In this document: in pieces, positions 16,255 to 26,856 of the stretch
How the letters are laid out: each line of letters opens with the position of its first letter
Position numbering within the stretch: the first letter of the stretch is position 1
IMG/VR virus record: IMGVR_UViG_3300017917_003066
Reading direction: 5' to 3' (one strand)
Source: an uncultured virus (IMG/VR IMGVR_UViG_3300017917_003066)
Lineage: Duplodnaviria; Heunggongvirae; Uroviricota; Caudoviricetes
DNA: 40,686 bases
Made by a program: the position numbers and the translations under genes
The notes under the pieces: model-generated
Told to the model about the DNA's origin: nothing
What the model saw: only the letters and a program-made list of their open reading frames with translations
The model's database searches: none

Positions 16255-16881
16255 TTATTTATTGTAGTTATTTAAGAATTCTAATTCTTCTTTTGTTAGG
16301 TTTTCAATTCCGACTAGATTTATTTTATCTAAAATATCATCTATATTAAATTTTTTACTATTATTAGATATTATATTTTGAACATCTGAATTATCTTCAG
16401 CCATTTTCATAATTTGACTTGCCTTTTCTTTAATCTCATTTAAGTTTATGTTAAAGTTTTTCTCAAAATCTTCTCTATAGAAAATAAATCCTAATACTTC
16501 AACAATATCATTTATTCTATGATAGTGAGTTTTATATAAGTTATCCATTACTTCATTTAATAGTTCTTTTTTAACATCTTCTGATGTTATTATTAACTTA
16601 TCACCTTTAAAAATTGCAATATCCGGTTTGTCTAGGAAATACAAAATGTCAACCTTACCATAGTCTTCTAATTTAATCCCTATATAAACTGTATTATTTA
16701 CTCTTGTTTTGAATCTTGTTTTCCTTGTTTTAGTTTTTTCTAAAATCTGATTGAATTGATTATTCTTATCAAGAATAGATTTTAATTTTTCATTTTTTTC
16801 AGACAATCTTCTAGACCAATTTGAATAAAAATATCCAAACCAAAATCCTAAACCAATTAAAATTATAGAGTTTAATATCAT
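16255..16881 (-). CDS. Membrane-anchored protein with C-terminal DUF6576-like motif
   Basis: N-terminal TM IILIGLGFWFGYFY; C-terminal IDDILDKINLVGIENLTKEELEFL. Confidence 0.6.
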   Translation of the reverse strand: MILNSIILIGLGFWFGYFYSNWSRRLSEKNEKLKSILDKNNQFNQILEKTKTRKTRFKTRVNNTVYIGIKLEDYGKVDILYFLDKPDIAIFKGDKLIITSEDVKKELLNEVMDNLYKTHYHRINDIVEVLGFIFYREDFEKNFNINLNEIKEKASQIMKMAEDNSDVQNIISNNSKKFNIDDILDKINLVGIENLTKEELEFLNNYNK

Positions 16882-18071
16882 ATTTTATATATTTGTTTTC
16901 TAATCTTTACGATTAAATCATGAATAAATTCAGCATCTACAGTATATGGTAGTGAAGAATTATCAAAAAGTTTATCAATTTCGATAATCTCTTTTTCCAC
17001 GCTATCAATAAGAGTTTGTAAGTCAACCTCACCTTTTCTAATAGAAATTAATTCCTCAGCATTTGGTCTACGAACAATAATTCCTTTACCTTCACCAATT
17101 TCACGAGCCATTTGAATAAGACGTTTGCAGTGCATCATATTTTTACCGTCAATCTTTTGACCATGTGATTTAACATCAACCCATCTAGCCTCATTTCTCT
17201 GTTCCAACCAAGTTTGATAAGACTTATAATCATTACAGTGTTGAGTATAACCATCTTTGTTATAAGTAACAATACAGATAGCTTTTTCTCCTTTTGGAAT
17301 AGAAGAAAGTCTTAGTTGATTTGATTCAGCAGAGTTAACACCTTCTCCGGTTTTAATCAAACCTTTATAGCCAAAACCCATAGGATTTCCAGATTCTTTT
17401 TGAAACTTAATCAGAGTATTTCTAGTTGATTCGGAAACATTTTCAGAAAACATATTTCTAGCAACAACATCATAATAGACAGCATAAATATCTCTAGCAT
17501 TAGGAACATTAACAACTCCAATAAATTTTTCTTCAAATTCTCTTTCACCATCTGAATTCCAAACTTTCCAAGGAATAGATTTCTCACCTTCAATTACATA
17601 AACAAAATCAAGTACATCTTTACGAGTTACTTTATCTTTTTCCCAGTTTTGTTTTTTATTTTGACCTTTTGCTTTAGAGATTTGTTGTTTAGCGTAACCA
17701 CCAAATGACTTAGCACAAATTTTTGTGATAAATTTTTCTCTATTTTCTAAAATTATATCAAAAACAGGATCTTTGTAAATAACACAATCTTCCGGAGTAT
17801 TTAAAAGTTCAAGAACAGTTGGATTATTAGTACCTACAAGTTCAAGAAATCTTCTTACTTCATAAATAACGGTATCATTTGTATCATCATTAATTTGTTC
17901 TTGATATTTATTTCCTAAAATATCATCCATTGATTGGATAAAAACACCAGCATAGTCAGTATCAGATGTTTCAAGATTAGTACCATAAGCGTGTGATCCT
18001 CTTATAACTAAGTATATAGGTTTAGCACCAGGTGACTTTTCTTGAATAAGTTTAATTAGTTCTTCTTTCAT
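16878..18071 (-). CDS. Pol-beta superfamily nucleotidyltransferase (YcgL/RlaP/NrdC.11-like)
   Basis: RGSHAYGTNLETSDTDYAGVF, NNPTVLELL, SFGGYA..QI, DGKNMMHCKRL, ELISIRKG. Confidence 0.88.
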   Translation of the reverse strand: MKEELIKLIQEKSPGAKPIYLVIRGSHAYGTNLETSDTDYAGVFIQSMDDILGNKYQEQINDDTNDTVIYEVRRFLELVGTNNPTVLELLNTPEDCVIYKDPVFDIILENREKFITKICAKSFGGYAKQQISKAKGQNKKQNWEKDKVTRKDVLDFVYVIEGEKSIPWKVWNSDGEREFEEKFIGVVNVPNARDIYAVYYDVVARNMFSENVSESTRNTLIKFQKESGNPMGFGYKGLIKTGEGVNSAESNQLRLSSIPKGEKAICIVTYNKDGYTQHCNDYKSYQTWLEQRNEARWVDVKSHGQKIDGKNMMHCKRLIQMAREIGEGKGIIVRRPNAEELISIRKGEVDLQTLIDSVEKEIIEIDKLFDNSSLPYTVDAEFIHDLIVKIRKQIYKI

Positions 18072-18090
18072 TTTTAAGAATTATGAACTA

Positions 18091-18121
18091 CAAAGATAAA
18101 TATAATTTACCAAATATCAAA
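18091..18121 (-). promoter_or_regulatory. Bacteroidota-type primary sigma promoter for the nucleotidyltransferase operon
   Basis: Minus strand TTTG (18121-18118)-N19-TATCTTTG (18098-18091). Confidence 0.75.
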
Positions 18122-18141
18122 TAAAGATTTATTGAATTTAA

Positions 18142-18147
18142 TATATA
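18142..18147 (+). promoter_or_regulatory. Putative late promoter TATATA heading the structural cluster (one of about 13 copies)
   Basis: The same hexamer, mostly in an AATATATA context, also lies at 2608, 7891, 10758, 11958, 12931, 13978, 14030, 15153, 23239, 27139, 27159 and 35063, each intergenic and upstream of a gene start. Analogous to the T4 late promoter TATAAATA. Confidence 0.65.
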
Positions 18148-18166
18148 AGAAAAATAGAAGATTTAA

Positions 18167-19096
18167 ATGATAATAGGTACATATAGTGGTGGTAGTGCAT
18201 CTGCGTACGAATATACGACTGTTGATGAATTATTACAGCAAATACCGGATAATACTGCTAATCAAATCGATGCTATTAATATAAGAAATTCTGTCTATAC
18301 TTTATGGGAAAGAATTTCAGACGTTCAAGTTATAGCTAGTCAATCTGCTTCAGCATCTGTTATTTATACCAATTTAACACCAACTCCTATATCAGTTGGT
18401 GGTATTGGAAAAGGTTCTACATTTAGTAATAGAACTATGCAACAAATGTGGGATGCTTTATTGTATCCTTACATAGCACCTTCTTCTTCACTTAGTGTAA
18501 ATCCTTCTGTTAAAGAGCTTGGTGATTCAACCGCTGTAACATTATCTTGGTCAGCTATTAAAAATTCTAATTCAATTACTAGTATAGTTGTTGATGGTTT
18601 AACAATAGCACCAGTTACAGGTAATAATCAATCTGGTACTAAACCTGGAAATGCAACACAGAATGTTAACACTTCATTTAGTATGTCAGTTAGTGATGGT
18701 ACAAATACTGTTTCTAGTTCAGCCGTAACTTCCTGGTTCAATGCTATTTATTGGGGAAGAACTCCAACATTTGCTCAGCCTAGTATGTCTATAGTTGGTA
18801 GTGCTCCTGCTTGGGCTAATGGTGCTGGAGTTGGTAGTGGTAAATCATTAACAACTACTAAAAATGGATCTTACAATGGTATAAATGGCGCTGGTCAGTA
18901 TTTAGTTTTTGCTTGGCCTGCTACTTTTGGTACACCTGCTTTTACAATTAATGGCTTACCAAATACAGCATTTACTAAAATAGGTACAGCAGTACCTCAT
19001 ACAAATATGCATGGTTTCACTAACCCAGCTGGTTATGATATCTGGATATCAAATACTGCTCAAAATTCACCAATTGCAAGTTTTGTAATAAGTTAA
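18167..19096 (+). CDS. Virion structural protein (beta-rich, fibre/decoration-like)
   Basis: S/T/G/N-rich; VGGI.KGSTF..TMQQMWDALLYPY.AP, an Ig-like segment, GQYLVFAWP..FG.P.F. Confidence 0.6.
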   Translation: MIIGTYSGGSASAYEYTTVDELLQQIPDNTANQIDAINIRNSVYTLWERISDVQVIASQSASASVIYTNLTPTPISVGGIGKGSTFSNRTMQQMWDALLYPYIAPSSSLSVNPSVKELGDSTAVTLSWSAIKNSNSITSIVVDGLTIAPVTGNNQSGTKPGNATQNVNTSFSMSVSDGTNTVSSSAVTSWFNAIYWGRTPTFAQPSMSIVGSAPAWANGAGVGSGKSLTTTKNGSYNGINGAGQYLVFAWPATFGTPAFTINGLPNTAFTKIGTAVPHTNMHGFTNPAGYDIWISNTAQNSPIASFVIS

Positions 19097-19111
19097 AATT
19101 AGAATAAAAAT

Positions 19112-20593
19112 ATGGCACAAAATATAGGAACATTAGTAACAGCAGCGATTAGACCAAATGACTCATTGGACTTAATTGCATCCGCATTCGCCAATGAAAT
19201 AAAGGGTGGTGTACATTCTGTTACGGCTAGTTCAGACAGAAATGCTATTTTTGAGGTAAGAAGAGAATGGGGTATGTTATGTCACGTTTTGAATGATAGT
19301 AAGACATACCAACTTACTTATAATTATAGCTCCGGTAATATAATGGATAATGCCAACTGGAAAGAATTTAGCGGTTCTGGTGGATCTAGTGGTGAGTGGG
19401 TAAATTCAGTAATATCTGTTTTGTTGACAGAACCATCTACACCATCTGATGGTGATAGATATCTTGTTGGTACCGATCCATCTGATATAATAACTGGAAC
19501 CAATTGGTCATCTCAGTCTCCTGGTGTTATCGCACAATGGAGTCTAGGTTTATCAGCTTGGAATTATACTACACCTACAAATGGTATGTCTGTTAGAGTT
19601 GATAATCAAGATAATTCTGTGTACAGATATGAAGGTACTCATCCTACAGGTACTTGGGAAAAAGAAAAAGAAAATCAAGTTAGATATATTGGCGCCACTT
19701 TAATTTCAGGTGCTAGTTATTCAGCAACAAGTGATCCGTACTTATCTGATTATGATAATGAGATACTTTATATTGTTAAATTTGATGCTCAAAATACTGG
19801 ACTTAGTGCTTCTTTGAGTATAAATGGATTACCACATAAGATTATTAAGAGAACTAATGGTCAGTCACTAACAGACATAATAACAAATGAGTTAACAATA
19901 AATTATCAATATCTTGTTACTTATAATGGTAGTGAGTTTGAATTACAAGATCCTTCAGCAACTGGTGGATCTGGTTTATCTAATAAATATTACATTTCAA
20001 ATAGTGAGACAGTCACAGTTCCTTTATCAACACAATATTGGATATATGGTGATTTAACTATTGATGGTACTTTAGATAATTATGGTCAAGTTGTAGTTGC
20101 TAACGGTGGTTTGAATGTTGGATTTGGAACTTTTAATAACTATGGTACATATTCAAATGTTTATTTTGCTGAAATAAATGGTTTAGGTCAAACAAATTAT
20201 GTACCTAGATGGCAAACACCTTATATACTTACTGCTAGCTCATCAATATATGATGATGGTTCTCAGGTTAGTATATCATCACCTACTTTTTCAGTAGGTG
20301 GTAGCTTTGTTTTACCAACTGGTGCTTCTAGTGGTTATGTTTTAATGTCTGATTCAAATGGAGTCGCGACTTGGCAGAAAGGTATAACAAAGTATACTAT
20401 TGTTCAACCATTTGGAGCTAACGTTACTTATTCTATAACACATAACTTAAATTCTAGTGCTATCTTGTTTAATTTTTGGAATGAAGATACAGGTGAACCT
20501 CTTGTAGTTAGTGTTAGTAAAACAGGATTGAATACAATAGATGTTATGTCAACTAATGCCATTTCCAATGGTAGAGTTGTGATAATATCATAA
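19112..20593 (+). CDS. Virion fibre-associated protein with DUF2793-like module
   Basis: PSTPSDGDRYLVG...W...IAQW...WNYTTPTNGMSVRV; GASSGYVLMSDSNGVATW; C-terminal YSITHNLNS module. Confidence 0.65.
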   Translation: MAQNIGTLVTAAIRPNDSLDLIASAFANEIKGGVHSVTASSDRNAIFEVRREWGMLCHVLNDSKTYQLTYNYSSGNIMDNANWKEFSGSGGSSGEWVNSVISVLLTEPSTPSDGDRYLVGTDPSDIITGTNWSSQSPGVIAQWSLGLSAWNYTTPTNGMSVRVDNQDNSVYRYEGTHPTGTWEKEKENQVRYIGATLISGASYSATSDPYLSDYDNEILYIVKFDAQNTGLSASLSINGLPHKIIKRTNGQSLTDIITNELTINYQYLVTYNGSEFELQDPSATGGSGLSNKYYISNSETVTVPLSTQYWIYGDLTIDGTLDNYGQVVVANGGLNVGFGTFNNYGTYSNVYFAEINGLGQTNYVPRWQTPYILTASSSIYDDGSQVSISSPTFSVGGSFVLPTGASSGYVLMSDSNGVATWQKGITKYTIVQPFGANVTYSITHNLNSSAILFNFWNEDTGEPLVVSVSKTGLNTIDVMSTNAISNGRVVIIS

Positions 20594-20608
20594 AAATAAA
20601 AATATAGG

Positions 20609-23014
20609 ATGTCTCAAAAGATATTTACTAGTATTGTCATAAAAGGTGAACAATCATTACCACCGTTTAAGGTTCAAACTAATAATGGTTTGGATGCCTT
20701 TGCTGTGGGTTCTGATGGTTATGTTTATCTATATAACATACAACAGGCTCCGGTATCTCCTACTTTTAGTTATCTAGTTTTAGGTAGTAGTGGTAGAATA
20801 GAATTTACTGATGTTGTTGGTGCTACTGGTGCTTCTGGTTCATCAGGTACTTCTGGTTCATCAGGCACTTCTGGTATCTCTGGTTCATCAGGCACTTCAG
20901 GAATTAATGGTACATCCGGAACTTCCGGAGTTGATGGTACTTCTGGTGAAAGTCCTATTGTATATTTTAATTCAACTGACACTATAACATTTGCAACTCA
21001 AAGTGTAATTGGTGGTATTTCATTTTCTGCATATATTCCTCAGGGAAGTATAACATCTTCTTTATTGAATACTGGTACAAGTGGTGGTCCTACTGCTGGC
21101 TATGTATTATCTACTGATAGTAATGGTGATTTTCAATGGATACAAGGTGGTGGAGGCTCAATTGCGGTTGCTGATTATTTAACTGGTACTACATTTAGTA
21201 ATGTTCAAAATATAATATTTAGAGGTGGTGTTGTTAATGTTCCTATTGGAACTACAGCAACTGCTGTTAACGTAACCGGTCCATCTCCTACTGTAACTGT
21301 TTGGATACCAGCACCTAATTATGTTACTTATTTTAGTCCTTCTTTAGGTGGTGGAACATCTAGATATATTTCACAGCCAACTACTAGTACTTATAATAAT
21401 ATTCCTGGTAATTCCGGTCAATATGGTATTGGTTCTTGGTCACCTTCTTCTAACTTTTCATCAAACACTACAAGAAGTGCTATAAATTCATCTAGTAGTT
21501 TTACAGCTTTTTCAGAGTCTGAATTTGCTTGCTATAATACTGGTACAACAATGAGTTTTACTTTATATAACCATGATGGATCTATATTAAGTTCTATAAA
21601 TAATTATGTAATTAACGGTGCTGGTTCTACTACATCAAATGGAATAACTATTACAGTTAATAGCTTTTTACCTGATAGTGATAGATATAAGGCTAGTGTT
21701 GTTGGAACAATAGCTATTGGTACTTTATTTCCAAATGGTGGTAGATTCAGTTGGAATGTAACACATTATAATAGTGATGGTGCTGGTAATGCAGGATATG
21801 GTATTTATTCTTTTACCAGTACTGATTTATTCTATGATAGTGATGGTTCTTTATCAAGTGCTAATATAGCAAATGGTACTGATTTTGATGAATTAACACC
21901 AACAACTGTTCAATATTCTGGTGTTAGATTTTACGCACTTAGTTCTACTTTTGCCTTAACCGCATCTAATATAAACTTACTTAATGATATAACATTTCCT
22001 ACTAGTAAGCAAATAGATTTTGTTTGTTATTCAATGGCTACAAGTGGATCTTTAGATGGTTATGCTGATGGTACTAAAGGTGCAGGAAGTGCAATAACTG
22101 GTTGGAATATAAATTGGAACAATTCCGGTTTGACATATTCTAGAACAGCTACCGTTAACTCATCATCTAATTATATACCTGGATTTTCTACTAATAATAC
22201 AATTAGTAGCACACCTGCTTCATATATTAGATCGACAATATATGACTGGAGTACAGTAGGTTTTAGTCAGTCCGTTTCAAGAACTATGTTGTTTGATACT
22301 TACTCACCTAGTTCTGTTTCACATAATAATAATCCAATAGATAGTGAGAATGGTAGGTTATCAGCTAGTGGTGTTATGAGTAATGGTGGTTCGGCTTTCA
22401 ATTCAGCACTTTCTTTAAGTTCAACTAACACAGATGAACTTCAGTATATTTTTGGTAGAGTCATTTATCCACAAACTAACTTTACTCTTTTTTATCCAAA
22501 ATCAAACTGGATAGCTTCTGTTGATTATTCATCTTTATCGGGTGTTAATAAATCATTTACTGTTTATACAAACATAAATACCGGTACTACAACAACTGTT
22601 ACTTTTAATGATTATAGATGGCATGTTACCTCTTACGGTAAAGATGCTTCTTATGCTACATCATTCTCAAATGGTATATTCACTTTGAATAGTAATTTTA
22701 GTGAGTCCGTTTTACATTATGATGGAGTTGCTAATGGTTCAGGTACTGCTGATTTAGTTATAATAGTTGGCATTGATGATACAAGTTCGAATTCAACGCC
22801 AAATAAGTTTTTATTTGTTTCTGGTGACCCTGTTACATATGGTACTAGACAAAATCCTAGTACTTACAACTTAAATAAATCAGCAGCATCTAAAGATATT
22901 CAATGGTCTAAAGGAACTTTAAGTCCAGTTGTTAAAAAAGTATGGCTATTTATAGGTTATAAAAACTCTTCAACTGGTAAAAATTTAAATATGACAAATA
23001 TAGCTTTTAGTTAA
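20609..23014 (+). CDS. Fibre-like virion protein with short G-(S/T)-S tract
   Basis: 801 aa; GXX tract at about 20819-20946; modules shared with downstream paralogues. Confidence 0.7.
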   Translation: MSQKIFTSIVIKGEQSLPPFKVQTNNGLDAFAVGSDGYVYLYNIQQAPVSPTFSYLVLGSSGRIEFTDVVGATGASGSSGTSGSSGTSGISGSSGTSGINGTSGTSGVDGTSGESPIVYFNSTDTITFATQSVIGGISFSAYIPQGSITSSLLNTGTSGGPTAGYVLSTDSNGDFQWIQGGGGSIAVADYLTGTTFSNVQNIIFRGGVVNVPIGTTATAVNVTGPSPTVTVWIPAPNYVTYFSPSLGGGTSRYISQPTTSTYNNIPGNSGQYGIGSWSPSSNFSSNTTRSAINSSSSFTAFSESEFACYNTGTTMSFTLYNHDGSILSSINNYVINGAGSTTSNGITITVNSFLPDSDRYKASVVGTIAIGTLFPNGGRFSWNVTHYNSDGAGNAGYGIYSFTSTDLFYDSDGSLSSANIANGTDFDELTPTTVQYSGVRFYALSSTFALTASNINLLNDITFPTSKQIDFVCYSMATSGSLDGYADGTKGAGSAITGWNINWNNSGLTYSRTATVNSSSNYIPGFSTNNTISSTPASYIRSTIYDWSTVGFSQSVSRTMLFDTYSPSSVSHNNNPIDSENGRLSASGVMSNGGSAFNSALSLSSTNTDELQYIFGRVIYPQTNFTLFYPKSNWIASVDYSSLSGVNKSFTVYTNINTGTTTTVTFNDYRWHVTSYGKDASYATSFSNGIFTLNSNFSESVLHYDGVANGSGTADLVIIVGIDDTSSNSTPNKFLFVSGDPVTYGTRQNPSTYNLNKSAASKDIQWSKGTLSPVVKKVWLFIGYKNSSTGKNLNMTNIAFS

Positions 23015-23032
23015 AAAAAATAAAATATAAAA

Positions 23033-23206
23033 ATGTTTGATATAAAGATTAACAAAGTTTTCGTGGATCCAAGAAGTGGACAAGACATGTATGTTTTATC
23101 TATTCAGTTAGGTGAAGTTTATTATAACTTAAATGTTACGAAAGAGCAATTTGAAAAAATTGCTATTAGATTAAAATCAATTTACGATAATAATGAACTA
23201 AACTAA
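23033..23206 (+). CDS. Small protein (57 aa), possible fibre chaperone/adaptor
   Basis: Below the ORF-track cutoff; manual translation MFDIKINKVFVDPRSGQDMYVLSIQLGEVYYNLNVTKEQFEKIAIRLKSIYDNNELN; A-rich start context. Confidence 0.7.
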   Translation: MFDIKINKVFVDPRSGQDMYVLSIQLGEVYYNLNVTKEQFEKIAIRLKSIYDNNELN

Positions 23207-23248
23207 ATATAGTTCAAATTGTCGAATGGTGGATAAAATATATAGATT

Positions 23249-26200
23249 ATGCCTAATAGTATACAAAATACAAAAATAAATGCAGCATTTTACCATTCAC
23301 TTGGTAAAGTATTAACAGAATCAACTAATCTTGTTGGTAATGAAAAGTATAAGAGTGCTCACAATGTTAGATCATCCGAGGTTTGGATGGACTCAATAAA
23401 TTACGCACCTACTTTTGCCTCTGCTTCGCAGTATTCTGATAATATTATTGTAAGACAGATTGGTACTACTTCTAATCCTTCTTATTTATATCCATTAACT
23501 AATACAAATTATCAAACATGGTTTATAGATACTGGTACTCCTACTCCAGCTGCTGATGGTTTCGTTCCTTCTGAGAACTGGATTAAGTCTTTAATAAATC
23601 CTTCTGATGTTCCTAACAATGAAGGTGCTCCTTCTTTTGGTTATGAACTTCAGATGTATAGAAAAGACGGTACTACGGCTATATCTTATGGTAGTGCTTT
23701 TTATGACGTTGATTACTTTTCTGGTTTAATAAGATTTGATATTGGATATACACCAGTTGAGGGTACTGGATTAGGTTTTACTTTTGATAAAACAACATTT
23801 GAGTCTACTCCTAATGGTTCTAAACAAGCCTATATACAAAGTACATCAACTGGCGGTCCTCGTGTAATAGCTTGGCAGTATGTTGGTCAAAGATTAAACA
23901 ACTATACTTTTACAGGTGGTGGTGGAACTGTTTCTTTTTCAGATTCCGCTACTATAGGTTTTACACAAAGTGGTGTTACTTATTCTGCTTATGTTATAGA
24001 TGGTAGTTTAACGGCTTCATCTCTTAATACGGGATTGAATGGTGGTGCCACAGCAGGTTATGTTTTATCTGTTGATAGTAATGGAAATTTTGTATGGACT
24101 CAATCAACTATTAGTGGATCTTCTGGAACAAGTGGATTTGATGGTTCAAGTGGAACAAGTGGATTCGACGGATCTTCCGGTACGTCAGGATCTTCCGGAA
24201 CAAGCGGATCAGACGGTTCAAGTGGAACAAGTGGATTTGACGGATCTTCTGGAACAAGTGGATTTGACGGTTCAAGTGGAACAAGTGGGTTCGACGGATC
24301 TTCTGGTACAAGCGGATTCGACGGATCTTCTGGTACATCAGGATCTTCCGGAACAAGCGGATTCGACGGTTCAAGTGGAACAAGCGGAATTGACGGCACA
24401 TCTGGTACATCTGGTTTAAGTTTTAATTGGTTAGGTAATTGGTATGGTAATATACCGTACGGTGTTAATGATGTTGTTAGATATGGCACACCTTCTAATG
24501 TTTATATAGCCACTTCTAATATATTAATAGGAGCAACAGCTCCTGACTCAAATCCAAATTGGTCTTTAATGGTCACTTCCGGTTTAGAAGGAACTTCAGG
24601 TACCTCTGGGTCTTCTGGGTCTTCTGGAACAAGCGGAATTGATGGTTCAAGTGGTACATCAGGATCTTCCGGAACAAGCGGAATTGACGGTTCAAGTGGA
24701 ACATCTGGTAGTACTACTGAGTTAGAGTTATATAATACTGATACTATAACCTTTGTAACTCAAAGTACAGTTAATGGTTTATCTGCCTCAGCTTTTATAG
24801 CTACCGCTTCTATTACAACAGCTCTAATAGCAACTGGTTCTAACGGAGGTGCTACTGCTGGTTATGTACTTTCAAATACAGGTGATGGTTACTTTGAATG
24901 GATTCCTCAATCGACCGGCGGCGCATTATCAGTAGCTGATTACGACACAGGTATTACATTTAGTAATGTAGAAAATATAATATTTAGAGGTGGTCTTGTT
25001 AGTACACCAACAGGTGGTGGAACAGCTATGGGTGTTTTAGCTACAGGTCCAACACCAACTGTTACAGTTTGGATACCTGCTCCACCTCAAGCAGTTTATG
25101 CTTCACATTTCAACACAACTGATGGTAATACAACTGGAACGGTATTTAGATCTTTAACAACCGCTTCGGTTAGAATAAGTGATCCGGTTACTGAAGGTAA
25201 TCCTTTTGAGACAAATGGATGGGCCGGTCAAACTCAACCAGCAACTATTAATTCAACTCCTACTATATACACAAGTGGGTTAGTTACCGGTTTTAGTGGA
25301 ACATCAAGTGGAGACTCTACTGTCACTGTTAATGTTTTTAGAGCTGATGGTACTACTCAATTTACGACATACACAACTCCCGTTTTATACCAAAACGGAA
25401 CACATACAAATGGTGCTGGTATTTCAGTTACTATTTCAGGTTATTCTTTAGACGATAGTGGATTTCCAGCTATCTACACAACTAAATATAAAGCATCTAT
25501 CAGTGTATCTGTTAATATGGCAACTATATTTTCTGCTAATTCTCTAGATGGTGGTAGATATAAAATAAGTGTTCAACATTTTACTGATACTTTAACAGAT
25601 GGTGGAGTAACTTACTCTGCTACTGCTAGTGATGTTTTTTATGATACTAACTTATCTACTCCTTCCATTAGTGGAACATCAACTATAATTGAATCTACAA
25701 ATTCATCTAATATAGTTACTAAACATATAAGTGGTGTTGAGTATTACACAACAGGTTCTCAGTTTGAGATAACAACTACTGGGATTAATAATTTAAATCA
25801 AAATACACAAGGTTTTAGTAGTGGTGTTACAAAGAACTTTACAATAACTGCGCCTAATTATAACCTATCATCATACAATTTACAGGCTTGGTCTCCATCT
25901 GTTGGTACATTTGTAGGTTGGTCTAATATCTATACATTGACTGGTGTGACCTATTCCTATACAAGTTGGACTATACCTTCTTCATCTACTTTTAGATATA
26001 GAGGTAGTGGCGCTAAAGCTACCGCTCAGGATTTTGATCCATGGGGTAGTGGTGCTATTTCAAATTCGGCAACCTCTTCTATTCTAATAGATCAGGTTTC
26101 TGATAATTCATCTAGATTGGGTGAGAGTTTCAATGGTGAAGTTGAAAGACTTGAAAGAGGCGCTTCATCATATTCATCTTGGAACGCAACAGCTTCATTA

Positions 26201-26839
26201 CAGACTAGTATATCAAATCAAACAGGTACAGGTCCTTTCTGTGATGCTTGTGTTGTTGGTGGTCAGTTAATTAGACCAGATAAGTACTTTTTAACAGATC
26301 CTAGTGTTAGTACAATATATTCAAATCTGACATCATTTAAACCTGATAAGAATGGTCCTAATCCTAATTATTCTTCATATAATCAGACTGCTACATACCA
26401 TAGAAAGTTTTATACAACCTCTGTTAAGAATATATCTTCATTTTTAATAGCATTTAGTGGTAGTTTTGGTTCATCTGCTAATGCCACAACAGCTTTGGCT
26501 AACTCACAATTAAAAATATACATAAGAAGAGTTGATTGTGTTACTGGTGGTAGTTTTGGATTCAGTGCTAATCCACTTGCTTTACATGGTGGATTATATA
26601 ATTCTGGTGCTCCTTCTAATCCTTTTGATGATGGTGCTAGTGGTGTTGATACGCCTGGTTCTTTAATAAGAACAGGTAGTAGTTCTGGTAATAATGTTAC
26701 TGCTACATTTGGTACTTATGCTGCTAAGACCGGTTTTTGGGTAGAAATACAAATAGTAGACCCTGATATTAAATTGGACACTATTAATGTTACATTAACA
26801 TTTGCTGATAGTACAACAGATTCTGCTCCTGTTACATAA
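23249..26839 (+). CDS. Large fibre-like virion protein with GXX tracts and a CBM5/12-like module
   Basis: 1196 aa; (GTSGFDGSS)n; FNWLGNW...YGVNDVVRY...VYIA....P...PNWSLM; beta-rich C-terminal region paralogous to 20609. Confidence 0.7.
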   Translation: MPNSIQNTKINAAFYHSLGKVLTESTNLVGNEKYKSAHNVRSSEVWMDSINYAPTFASASQYSDNIIVRQIGTTSNPSYLYPLTNTNYQTWFIDTGTPTPAADGFVPSENWIKSLINPSDVPNNEGAPSFGYELQMYRKDGTTAISYGSAFYDVDYFSGLIRFDIGYTPVEGTGLGFTFDKTTFESTPNGSKQAYIQSTSTGGPRVIAWQYVGQRLNNYTFTGGGGTVSFSDSATIGFTQSGVTYSAYVIDGSLTASSLNTGLNGGATAGYVLSVDSNGNFVWTQSTISGSSGTSGFDGSSGTSGFDGSSGTSGSSGTSGSDGSSGTSGFDGSSGTSGFDGSSGTSGFDGSSGTSGFDGSSGTSGSSGTSGFDGSSGTSGIDGTSGTSGLSFNWLGNWYGNIPYGVNDVVRYGTPSNVYIATSNILIGATAPDSNPNWSLMVTSGLEGTSGTSGSSGSSGTSGIDGSSGTSGSSGTSGIDGSSGTSGSTTELELYNTDTITFVTQSTVNGLSASAFIATASITTALIATGSNGGATAGYVLSNTGDGYFEWIPQSTGGALSVADYDTGITFSNVENIIFRGGLVSTPTGGGTAMGVLATGPTPTVTVWIPAPPQAVYASHFNTTDGNTTGTVFRSLTTASVRISDPVTEGNPFETNGWAGQTQPATINSTPTIYTSGLVTGFSGTSSGDSTVTVNVFRADGTTQFTTYTTPVLYQNGTHTNGAGISVTISGYSLDDSGFPAIYTTKYKASISVSVNMATIFSANSLDGGRYKISVQHFTDTLTDGGVTYSATASDVFYDTNLSTPSISGTSTIIESTNSSNIVTKHISGVEYYTTGSQFEITTTGINNLNQNTQGFSSGVTKNFTITAPNYNLSSYNLQAWSPSVGTFVGWSNIYTLTGVTYSYTSWTIPSSSTFRYRGSGAKATAQDFDPWGSGAISNSATSSILIDQVSDNSSRLGESFNGEVERLERGASSYSSWNATASLQTSISNQTGTGPFCDACVVGGQLIRPDKYFLTDPSVSTIYSNLTSFKPDKNGPNPNYSSYNQTATYHRKFYTTSVKNISSFLIAFSGSFGSSANATTALANSQLKIYIRRVDCVTGGSFGFSANPLALHGGLYNSGAPSNPFDDGASGVDTPGSLIRTGSSSGNNVTATFGTYAAKTGFWVEIQIVDPDIKLDTINVTLTFADSTTDSAPVT
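24115..24417 (+). repeat. Coding tandem repeat, mostly 27 bp GSS-GTS-GFD units
   Basis: Repeated GGA TCT TCT / GGA ACA AGT / GGA TTC GAC variants. Confidence 0.9.
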
Positions 26840-26856
26840 AAATAAAGATAAATAAA

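Noticed and set aside
1..18071. Bacterial chromosome origin (infC, ppk2, nadV, aminotransferase)
   Set aside because: infC lacks its thrS/rpmI/rplT context, and neighbours are phage-type (polB, clamp, UvsY-like, endolysin, fibres).
1277..24489. Small ORFs overlapping annotated genes (1277, 5466, 7976, 8038, 10962, 13327, 13776, 15772, 17411, 20770, 24039-24489)
   Set aside because: They lie antisense or out of frame within well-supported genes and have no motifs or expression signals.
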